Shown: positions 40,501 to 52,156 of the stretch, piece by piece
Layout: each line of letters begins with the position of its first letter
Numbering within the stretch: the stretch's first letter is position 1
Source: Eledone cirrhosa
Lineage: Eukaryota
NCBI GenBank assembly: GCA_964016885.1
Contig: OZ024741.1
Location: forward strand, 4,960,001 to 5,024,000
DNA: 64,000 nt
Direction of reading: 5' to 3'
Translations under genes and position numbers: made by a program
Notes under the pieces: model-generated
Told to the model about the DNA's origin: nothing
Database searches by the model: none
The model's input: only the letters and a program-made list of their open reading frames with translations

Positions 40501-41229
40501 ATCTGTAACTCCTGCCATCACATGTGTTGAGAGAGAGAAGGAAATACGAACCCCACTACATGACTGCTACTTTCTTTTATTGTCTTCAAAAATTTGAAAG
40601 TCAAAGTTGACCTCAATTGAACTGAGAGTGGAAATCAATACTATAAAACAGTCTGACATTCCTTGAACTCTGCCAGTTCACTGCTCTCCCCAGTATATTA
40701 CAGCTATTCTCAGTTATTAAGGCTCCTCAATGACCCCCCCCCAGAGACCACCTCAATTGTCTATTTGTATGCTGTGGCCCACCTGTTACCAAACTGTAAG
40801 ATTTATATATCACTTAATTGCTATTCTGGCACCTTAACCCTTTCTGTCCCTAATTCCCCTTTCTGACCCTATTTCTAATGAAATATTTTCAATTTAAGTA
40901 ATTAAGGAAGAATTTGGCAAGTATTTACTAAAACTATAATTTCATTTGATATAAAATTGTGGAAGGTTTTAATTTAAGTAGGAATTCTTTTAAATGGTTT
41001 TATGAAACTAGAAGTGGGTTTGGGTGAGTTGATATCAAAAGGGTTATAATCCTCTCCCTAGAGATATACATATAACTCATGTAGTTATAGCAACAGCTAA
41101 ATACTATGTAGTATGTGTTACTTACCTCTACATAACAAGTTGTGTTGCTGGGAATAAATGCAAAGTAGAAGGAGTCAACAAAATGCCACTTGGGTGTGGT
41201 ATGGGTCCCTAAAATGAAGCTATCATTAT

Positions 41230-42330
41230 GAGACTTCATCTGGAATGAAAAAAAGGGAATAAATACATTTAAAAAATTTACAAAAAATATCCATAAAAAG
41301 GGAGCCACACATATTAGGTTTGATGTAGATAAACTAAGAGAATCTAGTGTTATAGCAATGTTTGAGGCAAACTTAGGTGGCAGGTTTGTAGCCCTCAACC
41401 TCCTAGAAGATATTAACTACTTAACCAACAACAACAAGAAGGAAGCACTTCATGAAACAGCTTTAGAAGTGCTGGGAGAAAGAGAAGGAAAAATAAACCC
41501 TGAGTCCCTGATGACATCTTGGACATGATTTAAGACATGACTTGAGAAAGACCAAGTGAAGAGAAGGCAAGTCAACAATACAACGCTGTGAATAGGAAAG
41601 TCAGAAAGAAAATGAGGGAAGCCAAAGAGAAGTGGGTATCAGACCAAAAGGGCAATAGCAAGGCTGTTTGTGAAACCCTCAAAATGCTAACAAAAAGAAA
41701 ACAATACAGCACTACTGCCATAGAGGACAAAACTGGATTCCTCCTCACAGATGAGGCCCATGTCATTAAAAGATGGTTTGAGTACTGTGGACCTTTATAA
41801 CCACAAACTCAGACATGACATCAACATTCTGGATAGTTCCACCAATAAGAACCAATGAAATTGAGGATACTCCTATTCTCCAGGAGGAAGTCAATGCAGT
41901 GGTGCACATACTTAAAGATGGTAAACCCCGGTGGAGTCAATAACATTACATCAGAGCTCCTAAATCACGGAGGACCAAAACTTATCATGGCACTGATGAT
42001 ATTGACCCATTAGGAAGTAGCAAAGCTGAACTCCAGGAGCTCACTACCAGACTGGAAACAGTATCGGGAGCAAATGGAATGGAGATGAGCTCAGAAAAGA
42101 GCAAGATTCTGGTTAACAGTAATAACCAGAATACAGCAATCAACAACATAGTGAACAGAGGAAGACTTGCGGAAGTGGACACCCCCAAGTACCTAGGATC
42201 CACTCCAACAAAAAACGGCAAATACTGACAAGACTGGCTACATGGTAATACTGAATGTCATATGGAAAAGCAACTCCATCAGTTTCCCAACAAAGTTCAA
42301 ACTATACAAGTCCTTATGCTCAAATGACTG
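41230..42330 (+). mobile_element. Old, internally deleted RTE-like LINE remnant
   Basis: Broken frames read RFDVDKL..LGGRF, AIEDKTG.LLT, ILQEEV..LKDGK, DDID..ELQEL..GMEMSSEKSKI and KYLGS. Confidence 0.7.
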
Positions 42331-42601
42331 GATTCTTCATTCCATATCTGCTGTGAGAGTTCAATTCTCACACCCATACAAAAGTATCTAAGTCACCAGG
42401 GACCTGTATAGTTTGAGCTTCATTGGAAAACTGATGGAGTTACTTCACCATGGCACAAGTAGCTAAGGTGAGTCTTGCCAGTAACTCCTGTTGAGATCTG
42501 CCATATATGGAGCACAAAACAAAGAGCTTTGTCAGGCAGCAAGTTAACAAATATGCTGGCAGACAGGAACCACTCCTGTGTACATCCCACATTTATATAC
42601 A

Positions 42602-43300
42602 GTTTGTGTGCAGAGGACATGCGCAGATTGGAAAGGAACGAAGTATGCATGCTCCGATGGAGATGTAATAGTAATATACATGAATGGCCAAACCTAAACG
42701 AACTAAGTGATAAATTAGGAATAAGCGGGATCAGATATAGTTTACTTGAGAGGAGATTACGTTGGTATGGTCACGTGATGCGCATGAAAGACGACAGCTG
42801 TATAAAAAAGTGCAGGGCGATCAAAATTGATGGAAGTTACATAGTAGGTAGACCCAGAAAAACCTGGGACATGATAAAAACTGACTTTGCACACGTACAC
42901 CTCTCTAAGACAATGTCACTGGACTGAGACCTTTGGCGTTATGCTGCAATACAGAAGACCCACCTTCCCTTACGTTCAAAGTTAACTTACAGTCAGTAGG
43001 CACCTCTTAACCCAATATACACCCCAACCCACTACCCCTACTCCATCCTCCCACTCCCACCAACACCACCCTTTCTCTGTAAAGTTAAGTTGGTACCACA
43101 GAACATCCAGTCCATGCTGTAATGTGGCCGTGTAGGTAACACAGTAAAAAGCTTCCAGTCCACACTGTAAATGTGGTTGGTGTTAGGAAGGGCATCCCAC
43201 TGTAGAAAACCTGCCAGACAGTCCTATACGAGCGAGACACAGTCACCCAACCAATCTTGCCTTAAGTGGGACAAACCTGTCTAACCCATGCTAGTGTGGA
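42602..43300 (+). mobile_element. RTE-clade LINE 3' fragment (older copy of the 55-57 kb family)
   Basis: LCAEDMRRLERNE..RRLRWYGHV..GRPRKTW plus the shared 3' UTR. Confidence 0.88.
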
Positions 43301-43449
43301 AGATCTCACATCTATATACAGCTATGTGACTACATCCAACAGACTAATGACTCTGATAATCCACTGCCCTTTGTTAAACAATAATAATGGTTTCTTTATT
43401 TTTTTCTGTTATTTATTGTTAAACAATAATAATAATAATTGTTTCTACT

Positions 43450-43630
43450 TTAAGCACAAGGCCAGCAATTTGAAGGGAAAGGGAAATTCGATTAAATTGA
43501 TCCAAGTGCATTACTGGTACTTTATTTTATCCACCCTGTAAGGATGAAAGGCAAAGTTAACCTCAACGGGATTTGAACTCAGAATGGCAAAGCATGGCGT
43601 CCGACCCTCTACTGATACTGCTAATTCAAA
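43450..43630 (-). mobile_element. Second tRNA-derived SINE family (other copies ~40560-40680, 57170-57350, 61335-61445)
   Basis: Dispersed motif ctggtactttattttatc..ggatgaaaggcaaagttaacctc..tttgaactcag; the minus strand shows the B box ctgagttcaaat. Confidence 0.7.
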
Positions 43631-44037
43631 TAATAATAATAATAATATAGCCACTCTTTTTCTGAGAGTTTAAAGATGTTTTTTTTTCTTTTAAATTAAC
43701 AAAACAAATTTGAAATATAAATAAGTGGACATTGTTGTTATGGTTTACACCTGTTTAGCTTGTCTCCTATAAGGTGACATCACATCAGAGGTTTCTTACA
43801 CCTGTTTAGCTTGTCTCCTATAAGGTGACATCACACCTGTTTTATTGTTGGAAGGAGAAGGGGGTGACTGAGTCCTATCATGTCACTGTTTTTTTCTGGT
43901 GAGAGAAGGTGAAATTTGATCTCAGAATGGTCCAAGCCAGGGTCAGAAGCCCTGGGAGGAAGTATGGGATATACTACACTATCATTAGCAATGCCTGGTG
44001 ACATAGTTGGTTGATGAAGTGTAAAGACATTACTTAC

Positions 44038-44143
44038 TGAATACAAGCAGGCCATTCTACTGGTGTTGCAGTTTTTATTTTCCCAAGATAAGACCTGATT
44101 GACTATCTTGTAGTTGACGTCGGAACAGTTTTTACCAAATGTC
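44038..44143 (-). CDS. Host gene, putative internal exon (TFGKNCSDVNYKIVNQVLSWENKNCNTSRMACLYS)
   Basis: Branch-like ctaac, acceptor ttgtttttgttgcag, donor TCA|gtaagt; phase 2 in, phase 0 out. Confidence 0.65.
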
Positions 44144-44223
44144 CTGCAACAAAAACAATTGAAAGAATTAACATTTGGTTAGTGATACAGTAAAACTTCA
44201 AGAGTTTATATATATATATATAT

Positions 44224-44398
44224 ATAGGAACAAGTATGACCCCGACGGCAGAGCTCAAGCCATTTTGCCGGCTCCGTCGAAACGGCTTGAGCTCTGCCGT
44301 CGGGGTCATACTTGTTCCTATTACCCACTCTACTACCCTAAGTATTGAGTACTTTGGTGCGTTATGGTCCACCTGGTTCCTTACCACAATTCCTTCGT
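44224..44398. repeat. Intronic ~98-bp fold-back plus ~75-bp tail, between (TA)n
   Basis: 44224-44321 is a near-perfect palindrome. Confidence 0.88.
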
Positions 44399-44433
44399 TA
44401 TATATATATATATATTTAGGTTTGGTGGCTCAC

Positions 44434-44531
44434 CACTGGATAGAACTCTTCATTCCGTATAGCCAGCCATGATGTAATAGTAGGAAAAAAAACTCAACAT
44501 TATGCAACTCATCCATCTTTGATGTTGAATC
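44434..44531 (-). CDS. Host gene, putative internal exon (DSTSKMDELHNVEFFFLLLHHGWLYGMKSSIQW)
   Basis: Acceptor ..ccaccaacag, donor TG|gtgagc; phase 0 in, phase 2 out, and TG+G forms Trp with the next exon. Confidence 0.6.
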
Positions 44532-45636
44532 CTGTTGGTGGTGCAGGAACGCAATTAATTATTATTTTGATTAAAATGACAGGAGGTTGGACTGGTGAAG
44601 TTCTCTTAAAGTGTTATTGTGTGGGCTGGATATGTTTTGTTTTTGTTCATAAGGTAAATTATATGAGTTGATACAACTGTATAAAGCAGTCAGATATTTA
44701 AAGGTTTAATGTAATTCTGTCAATATCCATAATTTTAACTAAAGGAAATGATCTTTCTTTACAGTTTTCAAATCTTTGCGGATGGAGACTTAAGAACTTG
44801 TTTAATAAATAAATGTCTTTCCTATATTATATATAATGATTCTGAGTTCTCTACAAAGGTATTAAATGCTACCTCCTTCTGTTGTTGATTGAAACATATG
44901 TAAATCAAATAATGTACTAAACCTTGGTGATCTTATCTTGTATATATATATAAGAGCCAACTGGAAAGGTCCTTTCTTTGGGTAAAAGAAAATACAGGAG
45001 GATCAGTTATGATTTTATTCAACATATTCCCCTCTCAGATCCACATACTTATTGCAGCGGTTCTTCAGTTTTTCTAAGCCCTGTAAAAAGAACTCAGGAA
45101 GTTGGGTCTCCAACCAGGTCTCGGTAGCAGTGATCAAGCTAGGAACTTTTCAGTACCTGTTTGTGTATATGTATGTGTATATCCTCATCATCATCGTTTA
45201 ACGTCCATCTTCCATGAGGCTGACTATGAAGGAGTGATGCTAGAGCTGTGAAATCTTACATGCATTAATTTCAACTCTTCTTCTTAATAACTACATTGTT
45301 TCTTTGTAGAGACTATGTTGAAAAATAAACCTCATTCCATAAGAGTATCTTGGTCAGCCTATGAAGTTTACAGCTGACCCTCATATATTATATAGTATAT
45401 ATATATATATATCATCATCATCATTTCATTTTACGTCCACTTTTCCCTGCTTGCAAGGGTAGGACAGGAACTGATTCTGGCTTGATTTCTATAGCTGGAT
45501 GCCCTTCCTAACACCAACCTCATTTACAGTGAGTGCTGGGTGCTTTTTTTCCATGGCAACTCCACGACCACTTTACAGTGGAATGATAGGGACCCCAGTC
45601 AAGGACCCCAGCTCAAGGATACAACACATCACATAT

Positions 45637-46119
45637 ATATATAAAACAGAGGATGTCTGTCTGTGTGTCTGTTTCCCTAAAACTCGAGAAGTACCCAACC
45701 GTTTTTTTCAAACTTTACATATGTAACCTGTATGGCCCCGGAAGTGTTTTGAGCAAAAAAAAATTTCAAATTATTCTGACCTAGGGATCGAATTAGTGAA
45801 GTGGCCAATGTCTGTATATAATGAGGGAGTGAGAGGGGGAGAGAAAGAAACGGAGAGGTGAAGTGAAGAAGTGGCTCTCTACTCCTCCTTCTCCCCATTC
45901 GTCACAGCGTTTTTCGATAGAGGGGAGAAATGTGAACGAGTTACAGAGAGAAAGAGTGAGAGTGAAAGAAACAGACAGACTAAAAGAGGGGGATAGCGGG
46001 AGAGAGAGAGAGAGAGAGTGACAGATGCGTCAAAGATACATGACAGTGGAATAATTATTGCGTGTGTGTGTGAGTTTGTGTGCGTTTGCATGCGTGAGTG
46101 ATTATAAACTCTCTCACAT
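45637..46119 (+). mobile_element. Non-autonomous Helitron-like fragment
   Basis: The head tatataaaacagaggatgtctgtctg..ccctaaaact.gagaagtacccaaccg is shared with 58296-58935, which ends in a short GC-rich stretch plus CTAG. Confidence 0.5.
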
Positions 46120-46142
46120 GGTCTGATGGAATTAACCCTTTA

Positions 46143-46506
46143 GCATTTACATTACTCTATATATACTATATTATTATCATGGTAAAGGCTTTATCTCATA
46201 TAATATCCCACATAACATTTACACTACTCTATATATACTATATTATTATCATGGTAAAGGCTTTATCTCATATAATACCTCACATAACATTTACATTACT
46301 CTATATATACTATATTATTATCATGGTAAAGGCTTTATCTCATATAATATCCCACATAACATTTACATTACTCTATATATACTATATTATTATCATGGTA
46401 AAGGCTTTATCTCATATAATATCTCACATAACATTTACACTACTCTATATATACTATATTATTATCATGGTAAAGGCTTTACCTCACATAATATCTCACA
46501 TAACAT
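46143..46506. repeat. 72-bp minisatellite, left part (5 units)
   Basis: Unit ttacattactctatatatactatattattatcatggtaaaggctttatctcatataatatctcacataacat. Confidence 0.97.
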
Positions 46507-46717
46507 CTCGTATACGAGAGACGTGTGTTGACGTGTGTGAACAAGCTCGGCTACCGAGTCGGATTTACTTACTCAAAAAGTGAGTTTTGATTAATTTTTT
46601 TATACTGTAATATACGTTAACCCCTTGCCTTGGTCGTCAAACTTTGAGTTTATTTATTTTCGCCCCTTTTTGGGGCGAATTTTCCAGTTAAAAATTTATT
46701 ACGGCAAACTGATAGAA

Positions 46718-48466
46718 ATGGACGGAATTTTCACATCTCATCCTAACGTGAAAGCCACGCCCCCTAAGAAAGGTGATACAGAGAAGCTAGAAGCACAAGG
46801 CTCTAAGTCTTCCCTCCTGACTTCTGCAAAAGAAACAGGGAACACGGAATTAAAAGAAAAATTTGTAAAAATGGGTGAAAACCCAGAAAGTCACATAAAC
46901 GCAGACAAAAACAACAACGACAATAACAGCAATAGTCACAACACCAACCAAGGAAAAAATAACGATAACACCAAACAAAGCGAACCCACTACTGGTGCCT
47001 CCTTTGCACAGGCGGTCCGGAAAACACAAACCTGCAAGCAACTGGACATTACAACTCTGAGAGAAAAGATGAAGGAAGCGAAACAGTATGTAACTTTCAA
47101 AGAAGGAGGAGACTTCACAATCACCTCCCCACAAGAAATCAAAAGAGACACGACGCTAAGAACGATATCTTTCAGAACAATTTCCAACATAACAAGGAAA
47201 CCAACTCAATTATCCCAAAAAGAGATTGAGCTGGTCCTAAAAAATGTGTGGAGTGATATATCGTTCATACAAAAAGGGCCACTCTATGGGAATATAACGG
47301 TCCTAATGAAGGATCAATTGACGGCCAGGAAATACTCTGTGGCACCAATTGTTTCCAAGCTACATACATTTTTCCCCACATATTTAGGGAAAAGAACGCA
47401 GAAGATAAGGGTCTCCGGAATCCGGCCAAATGCATGCATTTCCTGGGTACTAACAGGATTTTTAGAAGACGAGGACGGAATCCTCTCAGTAGGAGAAGTC
47501 ACCACAGACGTTTTCGGCGGTTTGAGCGTGGAGGTTCTGGTCCAAATGAGACCAGAACGAATAGCTAGAATACCACAGAGGGTGTCCCTCGATGGAGAAA
47601 CATTTATATATATTTCAGCCGAGGGTAGGAGGCCCATATGTTACTACTGTTCAAGCAGGGGTCATCTAAGGGCTGCTTGTCCTCAATTGACAAAAAAAAA
47701 GGCTCTTTTGCCTACACCCCACACACCACCACCGCCACCACCACCACCACCACCACCACCACCTCCACCACCACCACCACAACAACAACAAAAACAACAG
47801 GGAAAAATAACACAAGACACGGCCCCACCCAAAACAACTCCCAAAACACACACAAATACAACAAAACCCCAAAATACACCACTACCCGACAGCACGGACG
47901 AGGACCCAGCGGAAACGGCACCTAGTGACGAAGAGGGGGAACCCTTCCAACCTGTAAAAAGGAAAAAAAGAAAGCACCACTCGAACATAAACGAAACAAA
48001 CACACAACCACCAACAAAAACAAAACAAACAGAACAAACAAAATCCGCCCCACCCCAAAACATAACACATACAACAAAACGTAAGCACACACAAGAACAA
48101 CAAACAAACACAACACAAATAAAACAGTATACATACATTAACACAAATAACAAAGAACTAGTAAAAACAATACACAAAGACCCTTTGGTGGAAACTGAAG
48201 GGCAATTCTTTGCAAGCGCGGCCAACAAACCGCATTTAAAAATGATAAGACTCCCAATGGACACCTATGCAAAACTAAGAGAGAACTTTCCTGAGGACGT
48301 GGGGAAAACATGTACTCGACCCTATAACCGCGTCCTCTTGAAACGTTTCCCCACCCACACCTCACCAAACACCCCCACTCCACCACAGAACAACACCCCA
48401 CCAAACAACCCCTCCAATACGCCCATGGATATTGTGCAACCTGCTCCTCAGGAGCCGAACAGGTAG
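46718..48466 (+). CDS. LINE ORF1, gag-like protein with a CCHC zinc knuckle
   Basis: First in-frame ATG at 46718; SFAQAV, CYYCSSRGHLRAAC, poly-Pro and a basic KRKKRK stretch. Confidence 0.88.
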   Translation: MDGIFTSHPNVKATPPKKGDTEKLEAQGSKSSLLTSAKETGNTELKEKFVKMGENPESHINADKNNNDNNSNSHNTNQGKNNDNTKQSEPTTGASFAQAVRKTQTCKQLDITTLREKMKEAKQYVTFKEGGDFTITSPQEIKRDTTLRTISFRTISNITRKPTQLSQKEIELVLKNVWSDISFIQKGPLYGNITVLMKDQLTARKYSVAPIVSKLHTFFPTYLGKRTQKIRVSGIRPNACISWVLTGFLEDEDGILSVGEVTTDVFGGLSVEVLVQMRPERIARIPQRVSLDGETFIYISAEGRRPICYYCSSRGHLRAACPQLTKKKALLPTPHTPPPPPPPPPPPPPPPPPPQQQQKQQGKITQDTAPPKTTPKTHTNTTKPQNTPLPDSTDEDPAETAPSDEEGEPFQPVKRKKRKHHSNINETNTQPPTKTKQTEQTKSAPPQNITHTTKRKHTQEQQTNTTQIKQYTYINTNNKELVKTIHKDPLVETEGQFFASAANKPHLKMIRLPMDTYAKLRENFPEDVGKTCTRPYNRVLLKRFPTHTSPNTPTPPQNNTPPNNPSNTPMDIVQPAPQEPNR

Positions 48467-48487
48467 GTCCTTCCTCTTTTAACCAAC

Positions 48488-51400
48488 ATGGCTGATATAA
48501 GAGTTGGGTGTCTGAATGTACGTGGCCTGGGACTGTCTTGGAAACAAGGCAAACTTTTAAACGATCTCAGGTCGCATAGAATGGATGTAATGGCTATTTG
48601 CGAGTCCAGGATCAGCAGCGAGCACCAACTGGCGCCCCTCTTCGACGACTTTGAGATCTTCGCATCTCTCTGTCAACCGGGGGGTGGGGGTGGAGTTGTC
48701 GTTCTGCTGCGAAAACACCTGGGCCTCGCCATACAGAAGGTGCACCTGGACCCGGAGGGTCGACTGGTGGTTTTAGACGTCGGCAGTAGTGAAAGTGGAG
48801 CCCTTAGACTAATAGCTGTGTACGCCCCTTTTTGGGCAGCGCGGCCGGAATACTTCCAACGTCTGGAAACTTTTCTGGGAACGTCCCGCTCCTTGCTTTT
48901 AGTGGGGGACTGGAATGGTATCCTGAATGCACGTTGGGACTATGTAGGGGCATGTGCCAATAGAGGGGGGTGTAAAAGCCTCAAAAGGTTAATCGGCCGA
49001 TTTGACCTGGCCGATAGATATCGACTAGATTTTCCGACTGTACCACTATGGACGTGGACCAATCGCAGTGGAACATCTAGGTCGTACCTAGATAGGGTCC
49101 TAGTTAGAGAGAACGATAGGGACACATTTAGCTGTCCAAAAATGTTCATGGTTGACTATTCGGATCACAAGTTAGTGACCTGCATAGCCAACCTTGATAG
49201 AACCCATAGACAGGGACCCGGTTACTGGAAGCTGAACTTGTCCTTACCGAGAAGCAAAGCTTACAGTAAACGGATTAGCACGTTAGTTAAGCAGAGTTTG
49301 ACAGGGGCAATTGTCAACAACAGGTGGTGGAGCTCTCTTAAGAGAGCAATTAGAATAGAATCGATAGGTTTTAGTCAGGAATTAGCAAGGGATAGGAACA
49401 AGACGGAAAGGGAATTAGTAGATAGAGTAGAAGAGGCGATTAGGAGTGGCAATGTAGCCGGCGTGCTGGCATCAAGAATGGCCTTAGACCAGTTCTTTGA
49501 GGTGAAGCATGAAGGCTGCGTTGTCAGGAGTAAAATACGTGCTCTGGGTAATGAGGGAGCCAAAGCTGTGAGCTGGGCCCGAGTGACAGAGGCAAAAAGT
49601 GGGAACAAGTCCACGATTCGGTCTTTGAAGGACCAGGATGGGCGTGTGATCCTTGAACCTGGGCAGATGTGTGCGGCCTTTCAGCGGCACTTTGCACGAC
49701 TGTTCGAGAGGGGCGGCGCGCCGGGTGAGACTATGGATTTCAATCCATACCTCGACGGTCTGCCGCGCCTCTCGGACGCGGAGGCGAAGTCCTGCGAAAG
49801 GACGATTTCAGCTGCTGAGATAGGGGCGGCGCTGAGCCAATGCGGCAAACGCAAATCCCCGGGTCTCGATGGTCTACCATACGAGCTATATGTAGCGATG
49901 CCGGACTTGTTCTCCGATATCCTCGAAGCGGTCTACTGCAACTGGCAGCAGAACGGGAGAATTCCCAGTTCTGTGACCAAGGGCGTAGTTACGCTGGTGA
50001 GGAAGGATGAGAACAAGGGGGATGACATAAGTAACTTCAGGCCCATAACTCTGCTAAATACAGAGTTAAAGATTTTGGCCAAGGTGTTAGCGAAGAGGTT
50101 GGCGCTTGTCGTTGGAAACCTGGTGGGAAAAGCGCAGACATGCGCAATCCCGTCCAGGTCCATTCACGACAATCTCCACCTTATGCGATACATCATAGAG
50201 AGGGTAGGGAATGAACCCGGCTTTGGTGGGGCCCTGATCAACTTGGATCAATCTAAAGCTTTCGATAGGGTTGACCATCGTTACCTGGATGCGGTGCTCG
50301 CGGCGGCAGGCTTCGGACCCGTTTTCAGGGGTTGGATTGCTGCGATGCACAGCAGCAACGTCTGCTCAAGGGTCAAGGTGAACGGCCACCTCTCGGAGCC
50401 GTTCCAAATCATGCGATCCATCCGACAGGGATGCCCTCTCTCCTCCCTACTGTATGTGCTGGCTCTTGAGCCACTACTGCGGAAGTTGGAGCGGTTGCAG
50501 GGCATCCCTTTGGAACCGGGATTGCAGAAAGCGGCGTCGGCCTACGCCGATGACGTGACAGTAATGGTGTCGAAAACCTCGCAAATCGGTGAGATCGGCA
50601 CCTTACTGGAGGAATATGAAAGGTTTACAGGAGCCAAGCTGAACCGGGACAAGTCCGTCGGTTTGCAACTCGGAACATGGAGAGGCAAACCGATGCCCTC
50701 CAACGACGTCGTCGGACGCTGGACGGAGGGCCCGGTGAAGCTGCTTGGGGTCTGGTTCGGACCAGACCTCCAGGTGGAGAAAAACTGGAACGAGGTAACG
50801 GCCAGGGTGTTTGCACTCACCCAGAAGTGGGCCCAGTGCAAACTATCCCTGAAAGGTCGAGCGGAGGTGGCGAATACTTATATAGCATCCGTCATCTACT
50901 ACCGCTTGACCGTCGTGCCTTGCCCAGTGAAAAGACTCGCCAAAATGGAGTGCGCGCTGTTCCAATTTCTTTGGAACAAGCGGACCCCTTTGGTGAGGAG
51001 ATCCATCTGCTGTCAACACCCTTCGAAAGGAGGGCTGGGGATGCCGTGGCTACAGATGCGTAAACACGCATTAAGGCTACGGCACCTCCAGGTATTCCTC
51101 ACCGGTCAACCGGTGTGGGCCCCGTTTGTGAGGCGAGCCTTTCCCAGACTCGTCTCGCTCACCGAGCTGCAATCCTGGGTCAAGCAAAGACCGAGAAAAG
51201 TGGGCGACATTGAATGTGCCCAGGCGCTCACGGCCCTCTGGAAAGCGGACCCGGCAATCAGTGGAGACTCCACGTCGACATTCTATAGAGGGTTGGTACG
51301 CAGCAGGTGCGACGATGCTCTCGGAGAAGCTCTAGGCATGGAGGAAGATGAACTGGCCAGTCTGTTCGGTAGGACGTTTGGCCCTGGACCGATGGACAAC

Positions 51401-51919
51401 TTCCAAAAGTCCCTGGCTTGGCAGTGCTACCGAGGGGCTCTACCCGTTCGAGACAAGCTCCACAGGCATGGGAGCCTGGGTAGAGATCCTTTGAATAAGA
51501 TCTGTCCGAGATGCGTGCATGATGACGAAACCGTTGCGCACGCATTCGTACACTGCCCAGGCATTGCTGACCTGTGGGGCTATGTGGAACGACTACTGTC
51601 GAGGGTGGGACCAATCCGGTTGACCACCGAGTCCATTGTCACGATCAAACCGCCTCCCCCTTTCAAAAACGAAGGAGAGGCGGTTTTTCTCTGTGTGGTA
51701 GCCATGGCTAAAGAAGTTGTATGGTGGACGAGGCTGAAAGGGCTGAGGTCAGACACCTTTCTCTCCGGCCAACAACTGGTCCCCTTTTTCAAATACCATT
51801 TTAAAAGAAGGATCAGAATGGAGAGAGAGGTGCTCTACCCCAGCAAGTTTTATGAAAGGTGGGTGAAAGTAGGGAGAATGGCCAGAGTGAATGGGTCTTC
51901 TCTCTATATCAGCCTGTAG
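48488..51919 (+). CDS. LINE ORF2: APE endonuclease, reverse transcriptase and C-terminal zinc finger (1143 aa)
   Basis: LNVRGL, VYAP, GDWN, YLDRV, SDH, GPGYWKLN, KSPGLDG, NFRPITLLN, KAFDRV, IRQGCPLS, AYADD, GGLG, CPRC..ETVAHAFVHC. Confidence 0.97.
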   Translation: MADIRVGCLNVRGLGLSWKQGKLLNDLRSHRMDVMAICESRISSEHQLAPLFDDFEIFASLCQPGGGGGVVVLLRKHLGLAIQKVHLDPEGRLVVLDVGSSESGALRLIAVYAPFWAARPEYFQRLETFLGTSRSLLLVGDWNGILNARWDYVGACANRGGCKSLKRLIGRFDLADRYRLDFPTVPLWTWTNRSGTSRSYLDRVLVRENDRDTFSCPKMFMVDYSDHKLVTCIANLDRTHRQGPGYWKLNLSLPRSKAYSKRISTLVKQSLTGAIVNNRWWSSLKRAIRIESIGFSQELARDRNKTERELVDRVEEAIRSGNVAGVLASRMALDQFFEVKHEGCVVRSKIRALGNEGAKAVSWARVTEAKSGNKSTIRSLKDQDGRVILEPGQMCAAFQRHFARLFERGGAPGETMDFNPYLDGLPRLSDAEAKSCERTISAAEIGAALSQCGKRKSPGLDGLPYELYVAMPDLFSDILEAVYCNWQQNGRIPSSVTKGVVTLVRKDENKGDDISNFRPITLLNTELKILAKVLAKRLALVVGNLVGKAQTCAIPSRSIHDNLHLMRYIIERVGNEPGFGGALINLDQSKAFDRVDHRYLDAVLAAAGFGPVFRGWIAAMHSSNVCSRVKVNGHLSEPFQIMRSIRQGCPLSSLLYVLALEPLLRKLERLQGIPLEPGLQKAASAYADDVTVMVSKTSQIGEIGTLLEEYERFTGAKLNRDKSVGLQLGTWRGKPMPSNDVVGRWTEGPVKLLGVWFGPDLQVEKNWNEVTARVFALTQKWAQCKLSLKGRAEVANTYIASVIYYRLTVVPCPVKRLAKMECALFQFLWNKRTPLVRRSICCQHPSKGGLGMPWLQMRKHALRLRHLQVFLTGQPVWAPFVRRAFPRLVSLTELQSWVKQRPRKVGDIECAQALTALWKADPAISGDSTSTFYRGLVRSRCDDALGEALGMEEDELASLFGRTFGPGPMDNFQKSLAWQCYRGALPVRDKLHRHGSLGRDPLNKICPRCVHDDETVAHAFVHCPGIADLWGYVERLLSRVGPIRLTTESIVTIKPPPPFKNEGEAVFLCVVAMAKEVVWWTRLKGLRSDTFLSGQQLVPFFKYHFKRRIRMEREVLYPSKFYERWVKVGRMARVNGSSLYISL

Positions 51920-52156
51920 GTGAAAGAAGAGGAAAAAGAGGAGACGAGGGAAGCACCTACTCTTTGTGCTCCTGAGGAGAAGGGTTACACATTTTTTCCG
52001 GGGTGTGTGCGACCCATGTTAATGCCCCCTCCCTATTGAGGACTTCGTTTGTTGTTGTTATTTCATTGTTATATTTTTGTACTCGTTAATTATATGTAAA
52101 CTTCCCCCCTTGTATCTGTCCCTACCTTTTGTGCCCTAGTGGCAAATAAAGAAACC

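Larger units (their letters stand above)
46507..52155 (+). mobile_element. Full-length L1-clade (Tx1-like) non-LTR retrotransposon, both ORFs intact
   Basis: 5' UTR, ORF1, 21-bp spacer, ORF2, and a 3' UTR ending AATAAAGAAA; it interrupts the 72-bp array. Confidence 0.93.

Noticed and set aside
43746-43840. ~50-bp tandem duplication (also 60091-60200 vs 60355-60450)
   Set aside because: Local intronic duplications with no further structure.
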